Assembly: GCF_009914755.1 (NCBI RefSeq)
Contig: NC_060938.1
Strand: one strand, 5' to 3'
Origin: the human T2T-CHM13v2.0 reference genome, Homo sapiens
DNA length: 64,000 bases
The position numbers and the translations under genes were made by a program. Position 1 is the first letter of the stretch. The number at the start of each line of letters is the position of its first letter. The notes under the pieces were generated by a model. It did not search any database. It saw nothing but the letters and a program-made list of their open reading frames with translations, and had not been told where the DNA came from. Of the stretch, positions 48,540 to 62,677 are shown one piece after another.

Positions 48540-50330
48540 ATTATTCACTCATAATTAACATAATGCTCAGCAGAACATGTATGATAATAAGGAGGCCCAA
48601 ACTAATGTAATAATTGACCTTGACTATCTGGGACGCCTAGGATTACAGTATATATACAATATGTTAAGTTCTTATTTAATTCCCAACTGTGGGAAAAGAC
48701 AAGTGTCTTAAGTCATCATGCTTATAATCCAAGGCTGTTTTCCTGATTTTAAGCCCTGAGTTTCTTTATAGATTCATAGTACTTGAAGAAAGGGGTGTGC
48801 AGGTATTTTTTAGAAAAGTTCTTACAATAACATTACAAATACATACTGTGAATCATTTCATTATTTTCTCAAATAATCCTATGATCATTCTCTCAGTATT
48901 TGAGTATATGATATAAATAAATACATAATAAATGTCATTCCAAAGTGACAAAATAAGTATCATCACATTGACTGCATAGGTAAATAAAATAAAGACTATT
49001 GGGTTAGAAGGTCTTGGAAGTCCCTAGATTTCCCCCTTTATCAAGGTAATAAATGAGAAAGCAATACTACATTCCTGAGGGAATGGCAAATCTTAGTGTA
49101 ATTGTCAAAGGCTTGAAAGATTCAGATATGATTATATGTATCATATTACCATTTAATTCTCCAGTTTGCTGATTACAGAAGACAAATGAGACATGGAAAA
49201 TGATGATGGATTATTTCAAACCTAATTTGGTGGTGACTTTAAGTGTAGATCCAGTTCCAAATGTGGTATTCTTGGTGAAACAAATCAGTACCATGTTAGA
49301 CACCTTAAATGAAACAATTGATGTCACCTTTTTTTTCTCTATTACAGTAGGACTTGAACTTTGAAAATAATTTCTTTCACCCAATAAGAACAGCAACACA
49401 CTTTCACTATTATGTCTTAAATCACAACTATCATCTTCTGTGCCACAATTTAGTCTGCAATGACATTGACAATTTCACTATCCCACAAGACACAATACTG
49501 GTTGATTATTTTAATAATATACTGATCATGGGAACTAGAGAGCAGGAAGTAGCGGGAATAAATTTGCCTTGGTAAGATATATTTCAGTAAAGTTTCTGCT
49601 GCTCAGTATAATGGGGCATATAGGGATATCACCACAAAAGTGAGTAATCAATTCTGCTTCTAAGAAGAGAAAAAAACATTAAGTAGATATCTTTGACTTT
49701 GGTTGCAGTGCCCATTTGCTTTGAGCATGACTTGTACTCATTTACCTGGTACCTGAAAATGCTGCTAGCTTTTTGGCCAGAAGGCTCTTTAATGGATCTA
49801 GGCTGTACTACAAGCTGTGACAACTTATTTGCTATGACTCACTGGATCTTATGATAGTTGAAAGCTCTGTGGATGATTGGTGATGTTGTATGGAGTCTGT
49901 GGAAAACACAATTAGAAAATCACAGAGAAAGCTCCAAGTTTTTTGAAATAATGCCAAACTTTTTTGGGTAAATAAATATTCTGCTTCACAGAGATATACC
50001 TTGGCTTGGGACTTCACATAAGGATCAACTATAAGACAGAAGATAAACTTGTGACTGACTCATCATGCTACATCCACTTAGCCATTAACTTGATTACATC
50101 TAGCATTTCTACTGTAGAGCACCAGTAAGTGTAAGCAGTTTACATCAGCAGGATCTTTCAAATATCTATCCTTCCACACTATTGACTCTCTCTCAGTGAA
50201 CAGCTGTGGCTTCATAGGTCATTCCCTATGACCATTTTACTGAGGTGAGGAAGAAACTGAGTCGGAATCACAGATACCACCATGCGATACATTGGCACCA
50301 GCCATAGGTTACTGTAAAGAATGAAAAGAA
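48540..50330 (+). pseudogene. ERV-L-class internal region, decayed pol (RT)
   Basis: 49059-49292 translates KQYYIPEGMANLS...LPFNSPVC*LQKTNETWKMMMDYFKPNLVV; ORF 49354-49575 has CHNLVCNDIDNFTIPQDTILVDYFNN..EQEVA. Both align with recalled HERV-L RT ([22 protein letters not shown]; HYIDD). Boundaries are approximate. Confidence 0.8.
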
Positions 50331-51299
50331 AAAGATACACCTAGAGCAGGCCTCAGAGCAACCAGCTCACTATTCATCTCAGCTGGCTTTAATAGAATGA
50401 CTTTAGGATTATATCCACATGTCAGATTAACCCATGTGAGCTACCCAAAATTCAGCTGGAATATCATAGTACTTATTCTTATCAACAACTGCTATATGAA
50501 AAATGTAACATTTCATAATATTCAAAAATCTTTGCCATTAGGTGGAAAATAAACCTTTGGATCCTCTCACACCTTCAAGGGTCATTAATGATAAATTGGT
50601 AAATATACGCCCCCATTTTAAGAACAACAGATTTTTAAAAATTGCATTTCGCTGATCAAACTAGGTGGGCGCTGCATACTTTGGTAATCAGATAAGGTGA
50701 TGGAGTAGTCACCTTTGAGTGTAGTGGCTGAAAATAGAGTAATTATTTTAAAAATGGCTCATTGAAAATTCTAACTATGCATGTTGGTAGCTCTGGGTCT
50801 TACACTCAACTGAAGTCTGATTGTAAATAACTTCAATTAACTGATATGATGTCTGTGTTCTTCCTGGATGGCCAAATTCATTTAAATGTGATGTGCTGTG
50901 AAACACTTGAGGGTGTTTTTTTTTTTCTTTTAAGGTTATAAGATAGAACCAAACTCCCTTGAAAGTAATTTTTAAAATCACTTCACTTGTAAACAAAAGA
51001 AAAAATAATTTTCTGACTGACTTTAGTAGTTGAAATATCTCCTTTTTAAACTTATTACTCATAAATTAAACACTAATTGTTTAAAGAAAAAGAAAATTCC
51101 AAAATATTTAAAAATAAAGCTAACCTGAAGGAAGTATCTGTACACCTAATGGTTTTTGTGGATTGATCACAAACTTGGAAGGGGCAAGTTTGGACCATTA
51201 TCTACACAGAATTTTGAGCCTGAGGTGTGTGGATATTTGTATTTTATGTAAATGCATTAGAAGGTCCGCACTATGATGAGTAATCTTAATGATCTAATG

Positions 51300-51601
51300 C
51301 AGTGGTTGGCAAACTACAGCCTGCAGGCTAAATCTGGCCCACTGCCTGTTTTTTTAACAGCTGGAAAAAAAATAGACTATTTTGTGGCATATAAAAGTTT
51401 TGTTACTTTTTCAGTGTTCAAATTTCAGTCTACAAAAATAAAGTTTTATTGGTACATACTACACCCATTCATTTATGTATTTTATGTGGCTATTTTCATA
51501 CTCCAGAGGCAGAGTAGAATAGTTGTAACAAAGACTATATGGCCTGCAAAGCTTAAAATATTATCTTATCTTTACAAAAAAAGTTTGCTGACCGCTCCCT
51601 G
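51300..51601 (+). mobile_element. MER58B (hAT-Charlie)
   Basis: 'cagtggttggcaaactacagcctgcaggctaaatctggcccactgcctg...aaaaaagtttgctgacc'. Confidence 0.85.
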
Positions 51602-53273
51602 GTGACTATGATGACATCATGACATGTTCTGTGGGTTTCATTGAATATTGTGCATTCCTCATAGGAACAGAGAATTATTCTGGGTTTGGCTATGTTCTCT
51701 CCAACTCCCCAATCTTTGCAATTGCTGTGATCATAGTCATTTTGCATCCTGGGGGCTGTCAATGTCCTGTGCTCTGTGGCAGCAGCAGCAGTGCCTTCGG
51801 CTCTGGGTCTAGTTGAATAGCCTCTTAATTTTTCTGAGTGGTCCCAGAGGTATACTGCTATCCCAGAGTTTCTAGAAACTACCCTATATTTTTTCAGTTA
51901 CTTCCTTTTTAGATTAAATAAACCAAAGTGATTACTTTCAAGTAAGAATTCTGGTACAAAACCAAACTCACAAGTAAGTGACCAAAATAGGATTATGAAG
52001 ATATAAAGTTGGTAAAGTATTTAAGTGGATTAAGTGGATATACAAAAATGCTGTGTCACATATGAAAAAGCCAACATCGAAGGATTTCATCCTAAGACAT
52101 CAGAAATCCATAAAATAGAAAGATAGCCCACCAAGGTTGAAGAAATATGAGACATAAAATAATTGGTCAAAATTGAGGACTAAGTTTGAGCAACTTGTAA
52201 AATAAGATGAACATGGACAGTGACACAATGAAGACAGTTTTTAAAACTTTTGCTATATTTTTATTTTCTCCTGAAAAGATATTTCTAAACAGTCACTGAA
52301 TGTGAAGGAGTCAGTGAGTGTCAGTGAGTAGTTCAATCAATGTCACAAAAAATGAGAGACCAAAAAAAGACTGGCAGGAAGTAAAGGAGGGGGAAAGTGC
52401 TGCTCTCTACATAACCTCTAAATTCTACTAACTCAGGCAAGTCACTTATCTTCCTGCAGTCTTAGTCCTCTCATCTTCAAATCTAGGATAAATTTGACCT
52501 CCTTTGAGGATGAATTATGAGGACTAAATGAGTACTCGTTAAGAGCATGAACTCAAATCAAGCAGTCTGGGGACTAAATTGTCCCCTCGAAATGTACTAT
52601 CCAGGTAAATTTGGGTGAATTATGTAACCTTTCTAATTTGACTTTCTTTCTCTATGTGAGGATTACAATAGTATCTACCACATAAATTTTTGTGTGGCAT
52701 TAAATAAGAAACTGTATTTTAGCTCATGGTGGAGTGCCTGTAAAAAAAAAAAAAAAAAAAAAAAAGCCCAAAAATGAGAGATGAAAGGAAAGAGGCATAA
52801 TGATGTGACCAGGGTCTTCAGAAAAGGAAGTGAGCTAAACCCCCAATTTCCCCTAAGTGTCCGCCTTGGAATCATAATGAAATGCTCTCATAATTGGGGC
52901 ATATTCCCTCTAGATAAATGAGGGTGACAATACATACAGTGCAAATAATTCTTTTCAGACCATGCATTAGCATCTTTCAAATCACATTCCCATGCTCAGT
53001 GTATTCTCAGAAGTGGGGAATCAAGTCCTGTGAACAAACCCGTGTGTTGAGTAAGCCTTCTGCCCATTCCTGTGTCCATAACTAAGTCTTTTTATAGCAT
53101 TTCCCAGTCCTATCCCCCTACTAGCTTTGGCTTGTCCACCCAACAAGGTCATGTGCGATGTCAGTTCTAATTTTCATTAGCTTATTTAGTATTAAGACAA
53201 CTTCTTGAGAAACACAACCCTATTTACTTTGGTTCACTATTTATTTTATCTTGCTTAGTGAAGAAAAACTTCA

Positions 53274-53639
53274 TGATATGGTTAGGCTTTGTGTCCCCAT
53301 CCAAAACTCATCGTGAATTGTAATCCCCAGGTGTTAAGGAAGAGACCTGTGGGGAAGTGATTGGATTATGGGGGCGGTTTCCCCCATGCTGTTCTCATGA
53401 TATGAGTGAATTTTCAGGAGATCTGATGATTTTAAAAATGGTCATTTTTCCTGCGCTGTCACATCCTCTCTCTCACTTGCTGCCCTGTAAGAGCTCCCTT
53501 CTTTTCCTTCGGCCATAATTGTAAGTTTCCTGAGGCCTCCCCAGCCATGGGGAACTGTGAGTCAATTAAACTGCTTTCCTTTATAAATTCTTCAGACTCG
53601 GATAGTATCTTTATAGCAGTGTAAGAATGGACTAATACA
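53274..53639 (+). mobile_element. THE1D-like solo LTR
   Basis: 'tgatatggttaggctttgtgtcccc...ggactaataca'; perfect TSD cttca. Confidence 0.9.
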
Positions 53640-55871
53640 CTTCAATCACGTTGTAAAATCAAACTTTTCAGGCAGCAGTTGTCTAGGGCACATGAGGGAG
53701 TTTTTACCTGCTTCTTTATCATAGCCCCTGGTATGTATAAATAGACATTTATACTTTTGTCTTTCTTTTTTAGCTCAAAAATTTTTTAAATAATAAGAAA
53801 TTTAAAAAGCATGTGAAGTTAAGACTAAAAGTTTCTCAAATGTCTTAGTTTTGAGAGTTGAAAGTAACATGTAATAACAAATTCCAAACATTTCAGTATG
53901 ACTATGCTTAAGTACATGTGATGGAAGTATTTGGTCAATCTAATTTACTTCAAGCTACTTAAAAAATCTAGAAATGCTTTGTCATTTTTCAGAAGTCTTT
54001 CAGAAGTTGTAGTACATCAAAATAATATACTTTTAAGAGGTTTCGTTATTATCTTCTGGTCATAGATACTTGGCTTAACATGAACACATAACTTTAGACC
54101 AAGTTGTTTAATTCTGAAATTTCTATTTGTAATTGCCTACTTTTCCTGTAGAGAAGACTTTAAGCACACTTAGAGCTGTGTTCAATAAACTTGCAATTAC
54201 TGCTTCAAAACATTTGCATGAATTGGACCTATTGATGAAGGACAAAACTGAGGATACTCAATCTAGTCCTCCTTATTTGACAAATTAAGTTCCGTTTATG
54301 CTATCTCTTTTTAAAAAGCATGTCTGATAAAAAACAATAAGGTTTATGAAGTTCACTTTTATAAAAATCATAGAAACCACATTTACTAATCATATTACAT
54401 TTATAGATGTTTTAAGGTAGACTTGAATAAATAAAATAAAAGAATAAGAATATAAATGTTTATTTTTACTATAATAAGAATAAAATTATAAAAATAAAAA
54501 ATTTTAATACATTCACTTATTTTCTAATCAAACTGGATTTTGGCCAAACTTATATTTGTAATTATTAAAAAACAACATTGTTACATAAAATTTATTAGCC
54601 TATATAAACCAAATAAACAACCTCTTAAATAAACAGCATGTGTTAGGCCAGCATTAAAAACTTTCATCTGAAAAAAAAATCACTTAATGATCAGTAAAAG
54701 AATATTAAATTTATTATTTGTTACAGAAAATAAAGGGCCAGATGTCAGTAACAGCAATGAGCTCCCTAAAGTGGAAAAACAAAATTAATTCATGCCAGTA
54801 ATATAGTGGAGGGGCTTACGCTATATAAGGAATAAATACTCAAGAAAACAAAGGCATGGGTAGAACACATATTCAATTTAATTTAATTTTTTTCTTCTAC
54901 TAGTTTGAGAAGTGAGAAACCCTTATTGGATAAATTGCCTCGTGTTTCTGACAAAGTTGCTCTAAATAAACCCTTTTTGATTGCCATTTTAAAAATTGAA
55001 GTATTAATATATTTAAAGGCTGAAATGCAAGATGATCTTAAAGTTTTCCTGCTCAAAAAATCATACCACTTCAATAGCTAAACAAGAAGCATCTCATCAG
55101 AAACCAACCTCTTCATCTAATGAAAGAAAGAAGTCTGAAATGGCTGATCTGTAGCTTTCTTGTGTCTATCATTTGTGTAAGAGAATGAGTGATGCTGAAA
55201 AATAGATTAAAAAAACGACAATTTTCTCTTAATGTTCTGGCATCAGACAGAAATCGTTAGATGGGTATTCCTATAGCAATTCCTAGGATCTATGAATCCA
55301 TTCATTCCCTAAGTATACTTGGTGGATCAAAACAATATGATACCCAGTAATATGTGCACTACTGTTATTCAAGTTAATATAGAGGTATATTAATATGACT
55401 ATTAATATACATATTACATAAGACCTAAGACCAGAACAGAAAAAGACTAAAGAAAATGCTTGAGGTTTCTGGCTGAGGGAAAAGGAGTACACCTACAGGA
55501 TGGGGTGTTAATATTTGCCATTCTGGACAGCATCAACAACTATTATAAAAGAATTTTAACTTGAAGTTAACACGAGAATCTGTCTTTCAGTTCTCTTTAT
55601 ATAACTTCTGTCATATGTCAGAAGCTCTTTCCAGCTCTGTCCAAAAAAGGTGATGCAATAATAGAACAGAATGACTGAAACTGTAATGATAAGAGTAGGG
55701 GCAGGCTGGGCCATAAAAGGTAAGGAGAGTAGAAGGGAAAAAGTGACTGATGAGTCCATGGAAGAGAGGGCCAAGAAAGAAGGATCCACAGAAGAATGAG
55801 GCCATCCAAGGAACTGAGCGAGGGATGACTGCCTGTGCCCAGGGAGGAGTGAGTGAGTCCACCTGAATTTC

Positions 55872-56013
55872 TTTTCTTTTTTTTAAATTATACTTTAAGT
55901 TCTAGGGTACATGTGCAAGGATCTAGAACTAGAAATACCATTTGACCCAGCCCTCCCGTTACTGGGTATATACCCAAAGAATTATAAATCATGCTGCTAT
56001 AAAGACACATGCA
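55872..56013 (-). mobile_element. Miniature twin-primed L1PA insertion
   Basis: Poly-T, 33 bp of antisense L1 3' end, then about 96 bp of sense ORF2 end; TSD cacctgaatttc at 55860-55871 and 56014-56025. Confidence 0.92.
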
Positions 56014-57871
56014 CACCTGAATTTCATAGAGGAGTCAATCCAGATTTCACACCCAGAAGCCACTTCTATTAGTTTGGAGTTGGGAAAGTTTCCAGTAGCA
56101 TGGTTTATGATTTATTGTTTCAGGGTAATTGTTTTTGATGATGAAGGGTAAAATAACTCCATTATGAAACTTTCAGATCCTTCTTTAGAAGTAGTATTGT
56201 ATTAAAAATGAAACAAAATGAAACAAAACCTCATACCAAATGTCTATGAAGCTGTAGGCTTCTGTCTTCCTTAATAGCTTCTAAATGGTGCTGATTACAG
56301 AGGAGCTCTCTTCATGGGAGTTTTTAGCCTATTAAGAACGTGTGGTGCTATACATTTCAATATTGCTATGAGAATATATTTCTAATATTCTCATAAAAAA
56401 TTTTAATATTTGAAGTAATGATGTAGAAATTAGCTTAATTTAATCATTTCATATTGCATTGAAAAGTATAACACCACCATACACTTAATAAATATATGCA
56501 ACTATAATTTGTCAATATGTAATAAAAAGAAATACATTTATTCCTTTAAAAGTATGTGTACATGACTATTCTTCAAGTGACAGTCTAAGGGAAGAAACTC
56601 AAGCTCTTTGGCAACAAGTTAAATCTAGAAAAAACAATTTCCAAGCTTCTGGGAATCATCAATACATATATTAATGTGTTTATTATGTCTCAATTATTGT
56701 TAATGAAGTGGAGGTATATACACGTAGACATTTTCAAAGAAAAGTGCTTAAATTATTTTACAAAACATGGAATATGTTAACATTATTCATATCAAAATTA
56801 AAAGCTATGAAAATAATCTTTAAAAAGTATGCTAATCTCAACTAAGACAATATAACAGGTTTCTTTCCTACAAATAATAGAAATTCACTATTTTGTAAAT
56901 TGTTTAGCTTGTGGAAATCACATAAAAACTTTCCAATAATTTTACAAAATTAATATGTTTATCAAAATATGATAACAGAGTAAAAAGTAGGAATCAATAG
57001 AAAAGTTTCACCGATGAATAGTTGTAAAAATCTTGAACATTGTTATAGCAAGTCAAACCAGCATTTTATCAAAACAACTATACCAAATGCAAGCAGTGCT
57101 TACTCCAGTATTACACAGATGTATACAAACAAAGGAGCTGTTATCTTTAACCTAAATTTTTGCCACACAGATGAAAATATCAGCAGTAGGAAAATGTCAG
57201 TACAGAAAACCCTCTGCATATGTAACAAAATATATGTATGCATATATAGAGACATAAAAACACATTTTTCTTTAATACGATCACAAAATTTGTGCAATGA
57301 AATTTAATATTTTATTGAATTTAAAGGGAGAAGTTCAGTGGGCATAGCTTCAATTCATGTTGCTGCTTTTCTTCTACAGGAATATTTCTAAAATCCTGTA
57401 AGAAAGAGACATCTTGAAAAATAAAATAATAATGGAAAATATTAAGAATTTGAAGTTAGTTATTTATGCTTTAGAAAATGTCTATTGAATTTTTGCTCTG
57501 AAACATAAAATTTGGAACTGGTTAAAATATGTAATGTAGAAATTAGTATTATGATTAATACTAGTTAATATCAGTGTTGATATTATAAATTAGTTAATTC
57601 CAATAGAATAATGGGAAAAATCTATAACATATTCTAAGTGAAAAATATAAAAGTGTTATCAATAGTTCGATAACCAATTAATTATATAATGTTTTTACTG
57701 GAAAGATCTAAAGAAAATAATATTCTTAATTTGACAACATTTTTGTCAGGATAGCTGGTCAATTATTTTTCTTTATCTTCTGTGAATGTATCCTCTTTAT
57801 TTCTACAATGAATACGTCTATTGTTTATAGTAGTAAAATAAGTTTTTAACGTAGGTACAGTAGTATTCCAA

Positions 57872-57885
57872 GTGTGTATGTGTGC

Positions 57886-57919
<34 letters not shown>

Positions 57920-57928
57920 ATATATATA
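57872..57928. repeat. Compound (TG)n(TA)n(TG)n(TA)n microsatellite
   Basis: Read directly from the sequence. Confidence 0.9.
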
Positions 57929-58464
57929 GCCCCACCCCCACTTTATTGGTAACTTTTATCATTGGCCACCAAAGACACACCACCAGTAACATACCTGTAG
58001 TCAAACAAAGATAATTTTATTACTTACTGCATGGATGTTTCAGAACATGTTTTGGGGGACTTGTTACAGGATCTGGGCTTGGTTTGGTGATTTTGGCTTA
58101 TATTAGGAGTTTTTGCTGGATTGGGTCATGTATGAAAGTGGTAGCAAATATATGATTGGATATTACTAATCTTTACATAGGAGGCAGAAAGAATGAAGAT
58201 GGCCTAAAGTTGTAACAGGAAAAAGAAACCACAGTCACATATTTTAGGAGTGGGAGAATCTTGACCATTTTTGTGGTTCATGCTGAATTCTACTTTTTGA
58301 CTGTTGAGGCACACTTATACAGTGATTTTGTTTTTATCTTGTTCATTATTGGTACAGGGTAACTTTAAATTATTTTTGTGTTTGAAATTGTAGGAACATC
58401 ATAGCCTAGCTCTTAGTGCTAGCTGTCAAGGTTGCTTTTTTCTTTCCCCATTGTTTATTGTGGG

Positions 58465-58843
58465 GATGTTGTTCTTAAAGTGTAGGCACTATACTGCAGC
58501 TTAGCATCACCTGAGAAACTGTTTGAAATGTAAACCCTCAAGCCCACCCCAGAAGCACTGAATCAGAAACTCTGGGCATGGAGCCAAACTATCTATCTTT
58601 TAACAAGCCTTTTGGTCCAGGTAATTCTAATACTAGCTAAAATTTGAAAACCTGTTGCAATGGTTAATCACCTTGACTACACATTAGCATCCTCTGGGGA
58701 ATGGGGGCTTTAAAATCATACTGATGGCCAAGACCAATTCCTGTTTAATTGCAGTCAAAAATATCGGAGCATGGAACAAAGATTTGGTAATTTTTAAATG
58801 TGCCTTAGCTATTATAATGTGCAACCTTGTTAGAGAACCTCTG
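58465..58843 (+). mobile_element. Adjacent MER5A and MER5B-like hAT elements
   Basis: 'ctgaatcagaaactctggg...ttttaacaagcc...aatttgaaaa' followed by 'ctacacattagcatc...gagaacctctg'. Confidence 0.7.
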
Positions 58844-60884
58844 TTCTATCCTATTTGGGTAAAGGCAAAAAGAAAATGAAAACAGAAAGCAAACCCACAA
58901 AGAAACAAAAATACATCGCTTCCCCCCCTCCCCTTTCTGTGTTCATCCACAATGGTATTGTTCCTATTGGAGAATAATTTTGAAATGTTAATTACATTTG
59001 AAAATTCACATAACATACAATTTAGCAATTCCATTTTGAAATATATGCCATAGATAACCTCTTACATGGGCACAAAGTAATCTATATATGAATATTCATC
59101 TCATCACTGTTTGTACTAGGAAAGAATGTAAATACGATACAGTCCACAGCTGAGAGATGGATAAATTGTAAGATGTTTATAAAATGCTACACAATCCTGT
59201 GGTTAAAATAGACTGTATCAACTATATCAATGTGGATAAACCTCAAAACATAGAATGATGAGTGAACACAGAAACACAAAAATATTACATGTAATTTTAG
59301 TAAAACTTAAAAACCTTGAATAATGTTGGATGTTGTTATAGATACAATGTATTGTCCAGTACTAATCTGAAAGGAAGCACACAAGTAATTTGCACAGCTT
59401 CAACAGAGGCTACTTACTTACATCTGTGGGAAATAGAATGGGGATAGAATTCTGGGAATTTAAAAAATATCTGTAATATTTTATTTCTCTAAGGAATAAG
59501 TGAAGCAATTACAATAAAGTGTCACATTTTAAACATTAGGCTAGAGATTACCACTTGGAATTCTAACAATACTGTCCTCCTTCAACCCAGTGCTGACACT
59601 GCCAAGCTGACTCACTTCTTCTAAAGCTTCATCTATTAATTCTGCATTGACCACAAAGCTGCATGTTTAATAATGCCTTTGAAAATAACTAGATAGAATT
59701 TCAAGAAGAAAAAAAAAACAAGGCAAAACTGGAAGCTAAATGTTAGCTATGACTGTTTCTGAACTCCAGGATCAGAGAAAAAAAAAAAAAAAGCAAGAAT
59801 CTTCATGCAGGATGTCCTAATGGGTAAACTGTAGTATCTCATCTTGTCTCTCAAAATTGAAATTCCTTCTATGAGCATTTTCATGCCTGCTCACCCGCTT
59901 TAGGAGAACCTAAACTTCTTCCCATAGGAAACAGTTTCACCCTGAGATTTTCCCCTAATCCTCTCTCTACCATCACTCCTCCAGTCATACAATGTTAGTT
60001 ACCATAATCCACAAGGGCAAGACAGGGTTGAAGTAGGGTAGTGCTTCAGGTCACAGGGAAAGTTTTGGCAGAATTGTCTATGGTGAGAATTGCCACATTA
60101 TATTCAACATTCTTTGAGTTTACTCAAGCAGCATCCTGTGAAAGTATGTTCATTCATTCATTCATTGAATTTCCGGGTTCTTAGGAAAAACTGTTGGGCA
60201 ACACATATACTGTCATGTGCACATGCAAATATACAAACCCAAGTGAAAACAATAATTTTTCTTGGTAATATTATAGTCAAAATTTGTGTTAAGGAAAATA
60301 AACATTTCTTGGAGAGATAATAGAATATACTCTGCCCAAAACGGAGATAGCATTTTACATTGTTATGCAGATAATTTTCATTGATATTTTCTCTTTCTTC
60401 TTTCTCACTCCATGCATTGAATTACACTGGGCAAAAATAATGTCCTAGGACTGTACCATTCATCCACAATTACTCCCATTTACAATATAAAAACAGGAAG
60501 AGTTTTAAAATAAATATTTGTATTTAACTTCAACCAATTTTTAGGATGACTTTACTTCCAGTTTTTACCATTCCATCTTATTGGTAGAAGACTAGAGTGA
60601 AAAAAAATTATTCTTTTTCTAATTGTTAAACAATTATTAGGCTGCAATTACTTTTACACCAACCTCATGTTTGAGATTTTAAAAGAAGCATAATTTTTAC
60701 AAATAAAGAGAAAATACGTTCCCATAAATATGAAAGAATTATGATTTTCATTTTCTTCATGTCCTACGTTTTTCAAGTTTTTAAAATAATATGCATATAT
60801 CTGGCATCAGCAATAAAAATAAATGTTACCAAAATAAATTTTAGACAATCCAATCAAAGGTATATATTAACTTATTTGAGATTT

Positions 60885-61930
60885 ATTTTTTTAATTTTAT
60901 ATAAACAAATAGTTTTACATATTTATGGGGTACATGAGATATTTTGATACAAGCATATAATGTGTAATAATCAAATCAGGATAATTTGGATATCCATAAC
61001 CTCAAACATTTATTATTTCTTTGTGTTGAGAACATTACAAATCCACTTCTCTAGTTACTTTGAAATATACAGTAAGTCATTAACTTATAGTTGCCCTATT
61101 GTACTATTGAACACTAGATTTTCTTCCTTCTACCTAAGAAATAAAATGTATTTTTGTACCCAGTAACCAACCCCTTTATATCCCTGCCTTCCCAAGACCC
61201 TTCCCAACCTCTGGTAACCATCATTCTACTTTCTACCTCCATGAGATGAATTTCTTTAATTCTCACATATGAGTGAGAATAGGTGATATTTGTCTTTCTG
61301 TGCCTGGCTTATTCCACTTAACATAATGTCCTCCAATTCCATTAAAGTTGTTGGAAATTACAAGGTTTCATTCTTTTTTATAACTGAAAAATATTCCACT
61401 GTGTATATGCACCACATTTTCTTTATCCCTTCATATTTTGATGGACACTTAGGTTGGTTCCATATCTTGGCTAATGTAAATAATGCTACAATAAACATGG
61501 GTGTGCAGATAGTTTTTTAATATACTGATTTCCTTTCTTTTGGATATATAACCAGCAATGGAATTGATGGATCATGTGGTAGTTCTATTTTTAGTCATTT
61601 GAGAAGCCACCATAGTCTTTTTCATAGTGGCTATACTAATTTACATTCATACCAACAGTGTACAAACATTTTCCTTTCTCCACATCCTCACGAGCATGTT
61701 ATTTTTTGTCTTTTTATAAAAGTCATTTTAACTGGAGTGAAAGGAACAGAATGGGAGAAAATGTTTGCAAATGTTTCAACCAACAAGGGATTAATAACCA
61801 GAATATATAAGGAACTCAAACAACTAAATAGCCAAAAAACCAATCATCTGATATAAAAATGGGTAATAGATCTTAATAGACATTTCCTAAATGTCACTAA
61901 TCATCAGAGAAATGCAAGTCAAAACCACAA
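60885..61930 (-). mobile_element. L1MA (MA1-3-like) 3' end with 5' inversion
   Basis: Antisense 3' end 60885-61740, then sense ORF2 61741-61936; candidate TSD tgagattt at 60877 and 61931. Confidence 0.8.
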
Positions 61931-62029
61931 TGAGATTTTTAAAATTCTATCTGTATATCAATCACCATGCCAGTAAATATAGTTATAAATAACATATGGT
62001 CTTTTACCTTGTGGAGTTTGCATCTGAAG

Positions 62030-62091
62030 TTGTGGTAGACATATAAGAGAGACCAATCTCTTGTGGTAGACATATAAGAGAGACCAATCTC
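62030..62091. repeat. Perfect 31-bp tandem duplication
   Basis: ttgtggtagacatataagagagaccaatctc twice. Confidence 0.95.
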
Positions 62092-62677
62092 TGGTGCATA
62101 TGAATGTCTCTGTTTCTCTCTATATTTGTTTGTTTCTTTATCTATAAACACTCTATTTATAAAGGAGTTGTTTTATAAAGAATAAAATAATTATCTTCTA
62201 AAAATATTTTTAAGAAAATTTTCAGGCTAGTGGACAGCTGATATGGAATAGTATGGGATTAAGGATAGTAAGAATCAGCCAACTATAGGAAATTTGAGAA
62301 TGGCTTTTCAGGCATGAAAAGCATAACTATATGATATAGTATAGTATATGAATCCAAAAATTAGTATTTAAATATAGTTTTTATTTATTGAGAGAGGCCA
62401 GGACATTAGCTGTTCAGGTTGAAGAGATAAACACATTGAGAAAGTCAGACCATCATTGACTTTCTGAATTATTTAAGAGGTTGAACTTTATCCATTATGG
62501 AAGAGGACTTTAGAAGGATTTTAATCAGGATAATTAGGTGAGCAGGGCTGTACTTTAGAAAAAGGCAAATATCCTTTGCAAAGCTTCTGTCTATATGAAC
62601 AATTTGATTGAACAGAATTTCTGGTAAGACATAGTTATTTAAAATAAAGGAGCGAAAATAGATACTTATGATTGTGA

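Noticed and set aside
50658-50675. CTCF-like ctaggtgggcgctg
   Set aside because: An extra G and the missing 5' CC break the core motif.
55020-55154. Possible terminal coding exon (…KQEASHQKPTSSSNERKKSEMADL*)
   Set aside because: Weak acceptor, no recognisable protein, and a length expected by chance.
56367-56395. 11-bp hairpin tatgagaatat/atattctcata
   Set aside because: AT-rich quasi-palindrome within an old L1MA 3' fragment; no sign of function.
62030-62091. CRISPR-like repeat
   Set aside because: Two abutting copies, no spacer, primate context.
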